From the NCBI GenBank assembly GCA_951406725.2, contig OX597814.1, positions 174,220,001-174,284,000 of the forward strand: DNA of 64,000 bases, written 5' to 3'. Below are positions 23,771 through 35,929 of the stretch, piece by piece. The notes beneath the pieces are model-generated. The model saw only the letters and a program-made list of their open reading frames with translations, was not told where the DNA came from and did no database searches. Position numbers and translations under genes: made by a program. Position 1 is the stretch's first letter, and every line of letters starts with the position of its first letter. Source of the DNA: Octopus vulgaris (lineage: Eukaryota).

Positions 23771-24202
23771 TGTAGTGATGCCATCTTGGAAATCTCCAGC
23801 ATGCATGCGCAGGGTTAGAGTCTTCCGGGAGGCCTGCTGGAAGTTCCCTCATGCACATGTGCAGAAAACTAGCAGCAGCAAAATTCTCTGATATCGCTCT
23901 CTTGGACACCAGCAGCTGAACAAGACAGACGTGTTTTTATCAGCTCTCTCGAGCTGCTACCTCGTGGCACCTCTCTGCTATGCTTGAACAGCAGGATTAA
24001 TTCACTCCACTTGTCTACTGCTGATAAGCTCCTAGGCTGCCGATTCGCCCAGAGGAAGGGAATGCTTATATTTGCGAATCAAGGAATAAAATATTTATGC
24101 TGTTGAAGTTAATTGGAAGTCTTGACTCTTTCTTTGATTAATATTTAATGTAAAGGATGTGAGCTGCACCCATCCAGTGTGGGAATCTCTCATCCTGCTA
24201 CA
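23771..24202 (+). mobile_element. Solo LTR (Gypsy-like)
   Basis: TGTAGTGATG...CATCCTGCTACA termini, 4-bp TSD AATT (23767-23770 and 24203-24206), AATAAA near 24084, GC-richer than flanks. Confidence 0.75.
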
Positions 24203-24289
24203 AATTTATACTAGCTGGACTTGTGAAAAATTTACAGAAAACATAAAAAATGTAAGCATCTGTAAACAGTGTACTGGTGCCATGAGAAA

Positions 24290-24452
24290 TGTTTGTATAT
24301 TATGACCGTCTGCCTTTACATTCTGAGTTCAAATTCTGCTGCAAACGACTTTGCCTATTGTCCTTTCAGGGTCGATAAATTAAGTATTAGTTGTGTACTG
24401 GGGTCGATCTAATCAACTGGGTCCCCTCCCAACAAAAAATTCAGGCTTAGAA
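24290..24452 (+). mobile_element. SINE family A, 5'-truncated, alternative tail
   Basis: ttctgagttcaaattc..gtcgataaattaagta..ggggtcgatctaatc. Confidence 0.75.
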
Positions 24453-25344
24453 AAGTATATTGTGACAGTTACAGAATATAGAAAGTAATGTAACACCAAT
24501 GACTATATAATTCAACCAAAATATCTCAGTTACACAGACGTAAACAGAATTACTATTTAACCTTAAAATGCACCGTACATATTCAAAGAACCTTAACGTA
24601 CAAATTGAAATGCAAAAGAACGAAATAATAAATGGATTTATGAATGAAAGTTTGGTAACTGCATTTATTTCCACCACGCGACACTTATTATTGCAAACAT
24701 GTTTTAACTAACCTAAACTATACACACACACACAAATACATTCATATGTATATTCTCAAGTTGTAGCTGTAATTCAAAGGGGCCAGCCTTGTCATATTCT
24801 GTGTGAGGTTGAATCTCCCTGAGAACTACGTTAATGTTATGCATGTCTGTGGAGTACTCAGCCATTTGTGAATAAATTTTATCTTCGTGTGGTAATGAAA
24901 AGTGAAACTGACATCCAATATTTACTCTGTGTATGTATCTATGTATGAACTTTTCTTTGGATTTATGTATCTACTATCTCTCTCACTTTCTCTTTCACTT
25001 CCTTTGTGTACTTCTCCTCTCCTGCTTTTGATTTAACAATGTGTGTATGTATCTATGTATCTACTTCTCTTGCAATGTTATAAACATTTAAAAGCACAAA
25101 ACAAACGTCGTCACCACTCACTGTCTCTTTCACTCTCTCTCTCACTCTCTCTCTCTCTCTTACTTCCTCTCTGTCCTCCCCCTCTCTCTCTTACTTCCTC
25201 TCTGTCCTCCTCTCTCTCTCTTACTTCTTCTCTGTCCTCTCTCTCGCTTTGCCATTTCTTTGAAGTAAGTGTGAGGTACACAACAGGTACATACAAAAAC
25301 AAAAAGTCAGCGTATTAATATTATTGATGATACTTCAATTAATT

Positions 25345-26452
25345 TTTTTTTCTTTTTTTCTTTTATTAGTTTTAGCTTGACATCCGCAGCCATGCTAGGG
25401 CATTGTTGTTAGCTTTGCTACATTTTCATTTAACCTCCTCTGATATGTGACATTTGGTGAACGAGGGAGTTTAATGTTGCTGCCCTCACCGAATGGCGGT
25501 GCCCCAGCATGGCCACAGCTCGTGAGCTGAAACTAGATAAAATAAAATAAAATAATAAATCTGTGTTTCTTGCCACAAGGTAGATTCATTCAGAACCCTT
25601 GACAGGAGGAGACCCAGTTTTGTTCCAAAGACACCTACATCCACCCCATGTAAGTCGCTCAGACTTTGTTCGAGGATATTGAAGAGCTGTGGGCCCTTGA
25701 AACCTTGCAACCCAAGTTGTTGCAGTATCTGGTCCTGTATCCCTTTGGCAATGTTAGGATTTTGGGAACAATGCAGTGGCACCCCATTCTACTGTTTTTG
25801 AACTTACAATACCAAAGTCAGATATAAGTACTTCAAGGATTTTCCAAATGTATATCACTACATATCATTTCTGCCTTCACTCTAGGGAATAGAGACTTAA
25901 CTTTTTCTGTCTCTCTCAATAGCTGACATGTTGCATTGAGACATTCTTCTTTGTGTAGCTTCGCTGGATTGCTTCAAGTTCTGTCATTAATTTTACACTG
26001 TGTGTTGATCATAGGTGGAAGCAGTAATCTAAACAGCTGAGGACAAATGTCCTCCAGAGAACCATCATGGTTTCCTGTTCTCTCATCTGAATGAACTAAG
26101 GATTTTTCCAGCCAAATGCCTGCCTTTTATTGCCAACTTAGTAATATGCAGCTGGAAAGATACATCATTGCTCATGCAAATGCTCAGGTTCTGCCCTGAT
26201 TTTGATTTGGGGATTTCAGTCCCTCCTGGGCCAGTGTGTCGTTTTTTATCCAGCTTTCTGTTTGTTAGTACAAGGCATTAAACAGCATTCTATTTTCCTC
26301 AGCCCAGCTATATATTGCATCCAACTCTAGGGTTCTGTCTCCTCTGAAAGACTTTTGTATCATCTCACAGCTAGCAAAGATGGCTATCTGAGCAGCTTAG
26401 AGCATGTCTAAGAGGGTCGCTATGAATAGCAGTGGCCCCTTTCAAAACTGTA
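25345..26452 (-). mobile_element. CR1-group LINE 3' part (degraded RT and tail)
   Basis: GPLLFIATLLDM..FA..; RLDYC..; IQRSYTR; LYSL..IYIWKIL; GPQLFNIL..LSDLHGVDVGVFGTKLGLLLSRVLNE. Tail ccctagcatggctgcgg..gctaaaactaataaaag at ~25345-25405. Confidence 0.8.
25430..25558 (+). mobile_element. Short CR1-type 3' tail inserted antisense into the CR1 copy
   Basis: ggcggtgccccagcatggccacagctcgtgagctgaaactagat(aaaat)n. Confidence 0.65.
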
Positions 26453-26461
26453 ATTTTTTTT

Positions 26462-26470
26462 CAGGGTTAC

Positions 26471-26534
<64 letters not shown>

Positions 26535-27920
26535 TTATCTATCTATCTATACATACATACATACATACATACATACAAATATACATATACATACAGGCAT
26601 ACATATATGTATGTATGTATGTATGTACGTACGTACGTACGTATGTATGTATGTATGTATGTGTGTATATGTGTGTATGTATGTATGTATGTATGTTTGT
26701 TTGTATGTATGTATGTATGTATATAAAATATCAGCAGCAAAAACTCACACTATCAACAATGGAGTATTGTTCTCAGTATACCAAATCTCATTAATATTTA
26801 AATACTATAAGGCAGCAAACTGGTGGAATTGTTAGCACCCAGCCAACATGCTTGGTGGCATTTTGCCCAGCTTTATGTTCTGAGTTCAAATTCCATTGAG
26901 GTTATCTTTGCCTTTCATCTTTTCAGGGTTGATAAAATAAGTACCAGTTGAGCACTAAGGTCAATGTAATTGACTTACTCCCCGCGCCAAATTGCTGGCC
27001 TTGTACCAATATTTGTCTCTTGTTCTCTCTATCTTCTCTCAATCAACCCTTTATCTTCTCTCTCTCAACTCTCTCTCGTTTGTGGGATGTTAGCAATGGC
27101 AGATGACTGAGAACTGTTAATAAATAAGGAATAAATAAGGAAGGAAATCAAACAACGTCAGCAGCCATGGTGTCCAGGATTGTGTGGTCATTATGGAATT
27201 GACAGTGCCATGGGAGACAAGAATGGAGGAAACAAAAGAGAGGAAGGAAGGAAGGAAGGAAATATGCAGTGCTGGTGAGCTGGAAAAGAAAAACACTGAG
27301 TTAAGGTGCAGGGGCTTTGAAGGGCTTACAGTTAGGAAGTGGATTTAGCTTTTGGAGACATGATTGGACATGAGATGGAAGGATGAATGGGAACATATTT
27401 GTAGGGGTGACAGAGATTGTTTCATGGTGGGTAGAACAGAATTTGGTATGCAACACTGGAGGAGATACTGAGTAGAGTATATATCAATGCAGCACTGGTC
27501 AGCTAGACAACTGTGTACACTGTTTAAATATTGGTTTGAAATGTTAGTACAAGATTAGCAATTTCAGGGGAAGAATAAGTCAATTACATCGACCCCAGTG
27601 TTCAACTGGTAATTATTTTATTGACCTTGAAAGGATGAAAGGCAAAAATGGCTTCAGCGGAATTCGAACTCAGATGGACGAAATGCCACTGAACATTTTG
27701 CCTGGGTGCTAACAATTCCTCCAGCTTGTTGTCTTACGGTATTTGAATATTAACAAGGTTTGGTATACTGTGAACAATAATCCATTGTTGATAGTGAAGA
27801 CCTTTGCTGATGACATTTGATATTCATACATACATACATATATGTATGTTTGTATGTATATGGATAGGTAGATAGACACATAGACAGACAGACAGACAGA
27901 CAGACAGGCAGACAGATACT

Positions 27921-27998
<78 letters not shown>

Positions 27999-28016
27999 TG
28001 TAGTTAGGTAACCCTA
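26462..28016. repeat. Inverted duplication of a composite unit (AGGGTTACCTA + microsatellites + unique ~100 bp + SINE A)
   Basis: Arms at 26462-27015 (+) and 27530-28016 (-). The unique part cactatcaacaatggagtattgttctcagtataccaaa matches inverted at 27755-27800. Confidence 0.8.
27150..27450 (+). mobile_element. Hero/NeSL-type (R2 group) LINE restriction-like endonuclease fragment
   Basis: VVIMELTVPWETRMEETKERK..KYAVLV..ELRCRGF matches the ELTVPWE..K..KY..EVGCRGF pattern. Confidence 0.75.
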
Positions 28017-28110
28017 GGTAACTGTATTGTATATGAAGAGACAAAGAGAAAGTGAGACAGTGTGTATATCTTACACACATAGTCACATGAACACATATAC
28101 ACCCACACAT

Positions 28111-28169
<59 letters not shown>

Positions 28170-28556
28170 ACAAATCACTTGGATACATACACTAATTGAA
28201 CATATTAACTGTAAACCAACATTTGCTTTTAATTACAACTACATGAATGTTATAAATCATATAAATGAAAGTGGAGCCAAGCAAACACTATGTATTTAAA
28301 GGTTCTGTAGTAAGTCAGCATAATAAAACCATACAAACTAATGACTTTCTAAGAAAACTCTCTAAAACATTATTTGTTATAGTACACAATGGTGATAAAT
28401 AACAAAAAATAACAACTGAAAAAACAAAATATAATTGATAAAATGATAGTAGACATTTTTTCTTCATTTGATGATCATAATTCAATAACCTTATATCTTC
28501 TATCCCTAACATGAATTTTATCTTTATGATCCCTCTTTTTTATTAATTCTTCTTTA

Positions 28557-28816
28557 TCATCATCATCATCGTTTAATGTCCGCTTTCCATGCTAGCATGG
28601 GTTGGATCATTTGACTGAGGTCTGGCGAACCAGATGGCTGCACCAGGCTCCAATCTTGATCTGGCAGAGTTTCTACAGCTGGATGCCCTTCCTAACGCCA
28701 ACCACTCTGAGAGTGTAGTGGGTGCTTTTACGTGCCACCAGTACAAGGGCCAGTCAGGCGGTACTGGCAACGGCCACGCTCAAATGGTGTTTTCTATGTG
28801 CCACCTGCACAGGAAC
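28557..28816 (-). mobile_element. RTE LINE 3' UTR fragment
   Basis: Same family as 354-1103. Confidence 0.88.
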
Positions 28817-28929
28817 CATTTTGAATTTTCCCATCATCTTTTTAACTCCTCTTTAATAATTCCAAAACAAATTATTAATATTCAAATTACTCAATCTTTT
28901 ACACAAGGGTGATAGTTGGTTAGAGTGTT

Positions 28930-29250
28930 CTTCTTTTTCTTTAATCCCAAGCTAACAATTGGAGGGGAAGGCTGTCCTGTCAAACAAATACATTGCTGTG
29001 GATGCCACTGGATGACAGACTCTGGTGAGGACGTTATTCTATGTTTTCTGGTCAGTAGCACTGGCCTTAGCATGCTCAAGGTCAAGGAGCTGTGACTCCA
29101 GGTCTTCCTCAATTTGTTTTGTCCATGCTTTCTTTGATGCACTGCACTGGATTCTCCAGTGTGTGGGTTACTGCCACCACAAAAGTTAGTGTGGTAGTCT
29201 TCCGGTCATCCTGAATATGTGGTCAAACCACACTGCACTGCTAGACTTGG
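28930..29250 (-). mobile_element. Second RTE-type LINE family, C-terminal fragment
   Basis: WFDHIFRMTGRLPH*LLWW..HWRIQCSA.KKAWTKQIEEDLES..AKASATDQ resembles RTE C-termini. Confidence 0.6.
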
Positions 29251-29785
29251 TCTTCTATAATAGAAAGAAGATCTTAGTGCTATTACATTAGAATTAAAAG
29301 TGAAAGAACAAAAGTGAAACAATATTATATCACATTACTATATAGATCTTATTCTTTCACTTTTGACACATAATACCCAACCAGTACCAATGTTATATTG
29401 CTTTAATCTAAATGAAAAAAAATTGCATGTTGACACTCACGGGGTCTGATATTACTACCTTGTAAAATTTGATTTGGTCAAGCCATTTGAGAATGCATAG
29501 GGAACAGACAGACAGAGAGAAAGACAGATAGACAGAGGGACAAAGAATTTTATATATAGAGAGATAATTAAGGACAATATCAGAAGGCATCAAGAGGAAT
29601 AAAAAGGAGATTGGAATAGAGTGCCTGATAGAACTGTTACAAAAAGTTTGCTTCCTTGGCCAGAATAATCAGAAAAGCAGTAGATAGTTGAAAAGAATGG
29701 ATAGCATGGTACTATAGGCTGCACGTAGCAAGCCTGCTACACATACAAGCTTCCAGAAGTTCCAACAAACCTGTGATAAAAAGAA

Positions 29786-29800
29786 ATAATGATAATGATG

Positions 29801-29858
<58 letters not shown>

Positions 29859-29895
29859 TAACAATAACAATAACAACAACAGCAACAACAACATC
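29786..29895. repeat. (AAT)n/(AAC)n microsatellite
   Basis: Directly visible. Confidence 0.95.
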
Positions 29896-30078
29896 AACAG
29901 TATTCATTTTTTGAATGTAAATAAATAATAGTATATAAATTGCAAGGGGTAAGAGCTTCATGGTGGAAACCTAATATTACATTTCCACTTAATTTTCTAA
30001 AAAATTTCCAACAGAACAAAACAAGTTGTTTTACACATTCACATGCACACATACACACACACACAGATACACGCGTAC

Positions 30079-30136
<58 letters not shown>

Positions 30137-30294
30137 TCACACACACACACATATTATATATATATATATATACATATACATACATATATGTGTATACAAC
30201 ATCTGTCTGTCATATATGGTAGAGCATTAATAACAAAAAAACATTTTTTAATTAACAGTCTATCTTCATGAAGGATTTGATTGAAATTTATGTA

Positions 30295-30459
30295 GGCGTA
30301 TGAGTGGCTGTGTAATAAGTAGCTTGCTCACCAACCACATGGTTCCAGGTTCAGTCCCACTGCATGGCACCTTGGGCAAGTGTCTTCTACTATAGCCTTG
30401 GGCTGACCAAAGCCTTGTGAGTGGATTTGGTAGACGGAAACTGAAAGAAGCCCGTCGTA

Positions 30460-30509
<50 letters not shown>

Positions 30510-30748
30510 TATATATGTATGTGTGTGCATATGTTTGTGTGTCTGTGTTTGACCCCCCCCCCCAACATCGCTTGACAACTGATGTTGGTGTGTTTAGGTC
30601 CCCGTAACTTAGTGGTTCGGCAAAAGAGACCGATAGAATAAGTACAAGGCTTACAAAGAATAAGTCCTGGGGTCGATTTGATCAACTAAAGGCGGGCTCC
30701 AGCATGGCCACAGTCAAATGACTGAAACAAGTAAAAGAGTAAAAGAGA
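30295..30748 (+). mobile_element. SINE family B
   Basis: Full-length match to 10430-10843. Confidence 0.9.
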
Positions 30749-32629
30749 AATATTTTATTTTACTTTTTTCCTCTAATTATCCTGCAACTTGCTATTGATT
30801 TGAATTACTTTGAGATGTGGTCTTCAGACTGTTCCTCCTTAAGAACCTAAAAGAAAATTTCTAAATAAACCATGGGCAAGCTTTGGCCCAAGGGACTTTC
30901 TGAATGGCAAGCCTAACAAAAAATTTACCTTGAATTATTTTAGTAATGTAGCCTGCCTGATGATGAATCATGTCTTATGTGGCTCACTTCTCAAAAAACA
31001 GATTGCTGCTTTAAGCAGTTACTTGACTTGTAAGAATAACAGCTAAATATTTCAATAATGTAATTGCTTATCTTTAGAATGACATTGAAGGGCAGATGTG
31101 AGAGGCCAGATCTGACTAGTTCTAACATAAAACATCTAGAATAATTAAACCAAATAAGGCTGACTTAAATGCTAAAGGTTTAATCAAAGGTGTTCCAATC
31201 ATCATCAGACATTTCAGACACAATGGACATAGGACTAGATTATCCATGTTTCTAACCTCACCCCCCATTTTTTAATCTTTATAGGAGGGACTGAATTTAA
31301 AGAAGATATGGTTGCTAGTTTTAACATATCAGACAACTACATAAAGCTTCTTTCATTATTTGTTTTCAAAAGAAATATGTCTAGCTCATGCAGTTATGAG
31401 ACAGTAGAGTTCCTTTTGTTAAATTACATATTGAACCCTAAAAAGTAGCATATCGAACCCTAAAAAGTTAATTTTTGTTTTTCTCCTTTTAATAATCCTA
31501 ATTTCCACAAAATATTTCTCAGTGAGTTGAAAGTATTTGCTGATTTGAGAATCTGTATTCCAACTTCCTTCATTACATACCCCTTTAATGATATTTTAAT
31601 TTCCTTGAGAAATCTAGCAAGATTTAGGGAGGATATCAATTTCTGTAATAGACTGAAGGCCCCAAATTTAAATTTGAGAGTAAATCCCATATGGTATTCA
31701 TGACTTCCTTAAGAGCCTATGGGAAGAACAATGGAAAGAACAAGTAAAGTGAATTGATTACTGCTGAAGATAAAAGCCAGACTCAGTTACTGAGCATTTT
31801 AACTCTATTGTTTGACATTTACCACAATTTACCTTTGTCTTCTACCCTTACCCTATAAGAGAACCTCTGTATGGATGCTCAACCCACTAGAAATGCATCC
31901 TAATTTCTCTCAGATTACAACCTACAATCTTAAATAAATGTAGGATAGTCACAGCTGAAATGCTTTTGAGCATAGATTTTATCTACCAGACCTAACTTAG
32001 GATTAAATAGTTACAGTTATCCTAATTTAACTCTCTTCTGCTATGCTCATAATGTTCTATCCCTTCTTTATTATTCTCACCATAATTGACTGCTATTCTT
32101 CATCAGTTTCTCTAATTAAATTTTATTCTTCTATACTAACTCTAATTGATCCCTTTTCTACTAGATCCACTACAAATACCTCTATCCTTCGACCTTCACT
32201 CCAGCTTATCTCTCCCTACTACATTCATTACAACTGGCCATTGTTCTACAACACTCCCATAATTTACTTCACTTTTGTTTAATTACACTTACCATAATTG
32301 TGGTGGGTGTAGAATATTAGAGATTGGAATCTCTAATCTTCTACATTCACTACAATTAATCTCTATTCTACTTCACTATCCTAACCTCTTTTTTCACTAA
32401 ATTTACCACAATTTATCTGTTTTACTACCTCACAATTGACATCCTGTTCAGGAGGGAATGTTGTATTCTTAGTTGCTTATATGCATGTCATAGTAAATAG
32501 GTGAAGCTCCAGCCTTATCTATCCTTGAGTTTTTGACAAACCTAAGTGGCTAGTATGACCATTTTATTATAATGTCTGTACCATTTCTATCATATTGCTT
32601 GTAGAAAAATGCTACCCAAACATAATCCT

Positions 32630-33192
32630 AAGCCAGAGAAATTGAAATTACATGGAAAAATGTGAGCATGGAAAATAATATTCTGAAGATTATAAATCTG
32701 GAAAAGTACAGTACAAGTTATTACATCTGTAAAAGTACAGGACAAGCTATTACTTCAAGTAAAGTAAAGAATAATAAACTTTTTACTTAGAATATTGTAG
32801 CAAAGAATGCCAGTTCTTCTAATTTATCACTCTTTACAGATCTCATCTTTTAAATTTATTGTACAAAACTGTTCAGCTAATTTGTAAGTTTGTTTAATTA
32901 GTCACTTTTTTCTGTATTTACAGTAGTAAATTAGTTAAATTCTACTTAAATAAGTATAGTGTTATTTGTAAAGTATAATAAAATAATTTTTAATAGTCAA
33001 ATTTTAATTTTAGCTGCAATATTTTAAGTAAAAAGTTTCTTATTCTTTTACTTTACTTGAAGTAATAGCTTGTCCTATACTTTTACAGGTGTAATAACTT
33101 GTCCTGTACTTTTCCTGGTTTATAATCTTAAGAATATGACTTTTCATGCTGATATTTTTCCATGTAATACATGATTTTTCCAGGCATTGCCC
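32630..33192. mobile_element. Foldback/MITE with ~165 bp inverted arms
   Basis: 32647-32810 (attacatggaaaaat..tattacttcaagtaaagtaaagaata..) is inverted at 33008-33168; arms carry ~28-bp subrepeats. Confidence 0.75.
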
Positions 33193-33694
33193 GTTATAAG
33201 ATAATTAATAATGTGTCAATTAATAATTGAAGATTTCACCTTATAAAATACTGAAAGATAATATTTCAATTTTTCCATGCAAGTGATGATAATATTTCAA
33301 TTTTTTTCGTGTTTAATTTAAATATATGTTGTAATTGAATTATTTGATATTACCAATCAACACCAAATTAATGGCAGGGATTTTTACCATGTTGGTTGCA
33401 CCATTGCTCACCAAATGTTACAAACAACAAGACCCCAAATCCATCAGTTACCAGCCTCACCTTAAGTAACCTAATTTTGCAATATTAGGAGGTCACAGGA
33501 AATCATTTAATGAAAACAAAATTTCCAATGATTCCAGTATTGGGGGAGGAAAACCCCACTGCCTAATTTTTTCTGAACCAAAATAAGGGATTTACAGTAT
33601 ATTAGGAGGTCAGGGTACTTGATTCCATGCAAAATATAAAATTTTTTATTGCTTAGTGAAAATCGTGCAGGTGTCAATATAGAATTGACCATAA

Positions 33695-33890
33695 TGTTGT
33701 TGTTATTTAGCCGCAAATAAACCCTGATACTGCAAACATATCATCAAAGACATTCCAGCCTTCAGCAAACCGTCTTTTTAGGGATAATCTAGGACATTAC
33801 ATACAATGGGCGTGTGATTTAGGTAGGGGGATATTTTAGCTGCTATTTTTAGTGTGTTGAGCGACCAGGTAGAGGCTCTTTCATTGGGTT
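33695..33890 (+). repeat. Dispersed repeat family D (unclassified)
   Basis: gttgttatttagcc..ccctgat..caaagacattccagcc..gctgctatttttag..gagcgaccaggtagaggct. Related copies at ~5155-5340(-), 8385-8550(+), 31183-31355(+), 31860-32010(-), 60948-61063(+). Confidence 0.65.
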
Positions 33891-33954
33891 GATTGCGTGA
33901 TGAGGTGTTTTACACATATATGTAATATATCATCGGCAGAAGTTATATTACATA

Positions 33955-34135
33955 TACACAACTCTCAGCTTTTGACTTACTCTCTAAGTCAAAAGCTGAG
34001 AGTTTTGTGTATTGGCACTTATCAAACACTAATTTGTCCATTGTCACTCTGTAACTTCTGACGAAATAACTTTAAAAATACAAAATTTTGTCCCAAACGT
34101 TGAGAGTAGACCCTATTCTATGTGACATATTCTAC
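33955..34135 (+). mobile_element. Penelope-like remnant: hairpin plus degenerate hammerhead
   Basis: Palindrome arms at 33955-33979 and 33985-34011; CTGACGA at 34058 and (c)AAACGTT at ~34094. Confidence 0.4.
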
Positions 34136-34197
34136 CAGTATCGGATGTTAGAAAGTGTTTAGTTAAAAAAAAAAAAATTAATTAAATAATCTGTACG

Positions 34198-34532
34198 TCA
34201 AAGTCAGCCCTTGGCGAAATTTTAACTCAAAAAACATAAAGATAAACAAAATACTTATTTCTTTACTACCCACAAGGGGCTAAACACAGAGGGGACAAAC
34301 AAGGACAGACACACGGATTAAGTCGATTACATCGACTCCAGTGTGTAACTGGTACTTATTTAATCGACCCCGAAAGGATGAAAGGCAAAGTCGACCTCGG
34401 CGGAATTTGAACTCAGAACGTAGCGACAGACGAAATACCGCAAAGCATTTTGCCCGGCATGCTAAAAAGACAAACAAAATACCACTAAGCATTTCACCTG
34501 GTGTGCTAACATTTCTACCAGCTTGCCACCTT
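34198..34532 (-). mobile_element. SINE A nested in an older SINE A
   Basis: Young copy at ~34255-34463, flanked by aagaYaaacaaaatac duplication, inside a diverged copy. Confidence 0.85.
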
Positions 34533-35929
34533 AGAAAGTAAGCATTGATTTTAGAAATATATTCTTTATTCTTATAGTTGAAGCATTACTTCCTTACTCT
34601 CTCACTTACTGACATGAAATTTCATAACATTTTACTCATAACTCTTCTATTAAATCTTGTTCAATGTGACTAGTGATTCTGAATTCCTCATGCATTTTTC
34701 TATCATTTAAGCCTGAGAAAGGTATACTTTTAATTTAAAATTAAAAAGTTTGTGTTAATTGAAAGTGAATAGGTGTCTTATTGCTCCTCTTGAGGTCACA
34801 GATATTTTGATGTAATTTTTTTCTACTGAACCAAATCTCAAACTATTTATGCCAAAGTGTAGCTGAGAAGATGTCCTCTTTAAAACTGTTAACAGTTTGC
34901 AATTTAGTTGAGAACTGAATTAGTGGTGAAGCTTGGGAGCTGCTGTGATTGACAAAATGGTGGACTTCAGAATATATTCAACCACTACCATGGCTGGATG
35001 ATTAATTAAAGCACATTTAACCCTTTAATATTTGGATTACTCTGTCAAATGCAATACTTGTTTATTCACCTTGTTCCAAATTAATTATACCTTCGAGATT
35101 TTAGATATAGTCAATATTGTCAGGGTACATGTTAGCTGTTATGTACCCAGATTTATTCTAATATAAAACATAACTTAGACATTCACAGCATTCTAAAAGT
35201 TCAACATTTAAACTTTTCATCTATTATATCAACACTTGTCATATGTGAATGTTAAACATTCATTTTCTGGTAACATAAATAATATTTTACAAATTGCTTT
35301 GTTTCAAGTATTTTACAATCATTTATTTATTTATTTATTTTCATTGTCTGAATTTTTGTAAATTTATTCATTTGAAAGAATTGTAACACTAAATTTTCTT
35401 GTTGAGTGACCTCTAACTGCCAATGAATCAATCATCAGGTTGAATCTGTGACATTTAGCTAACTTGGATCAAATGAAGTTATCTGCTTTCTGTATGCTCA
35501 CAACACAATGGTTATAGTATGTTTTTAGCTCATAATCTCAGAGTTAAAATACTGGAATAAATGACTGGCCACATGGTCTAAATTCCACATACTGTTACTC
35601 CATCTTCTCAGAAATCCATTTTTCTCTGATTTTTTTTTTTTGTAAATACACAAAACATTCCACCTTCAAAAAGAAAACTTTGAATTAAGTCTCTACTTAA
35701 ATATGATGAGATTTTAATGAATCTTAAATGAAAGATTTTTTTAATTATAATACTGAAAGATTTTCAAGCATAATTAATAACTGTTTCCTGTCAAATTTCC
35801 TTTTTAATTTAACTTCAAAATCAAAGATTTTAACTCTAAATTGCTATTCACTTTGCCAATAGATTGTAGAAGAAATTTTATGCAGGATGAAAAATGCATC
35901 CAAGAAACTTATATAATGTACTCAGAATG

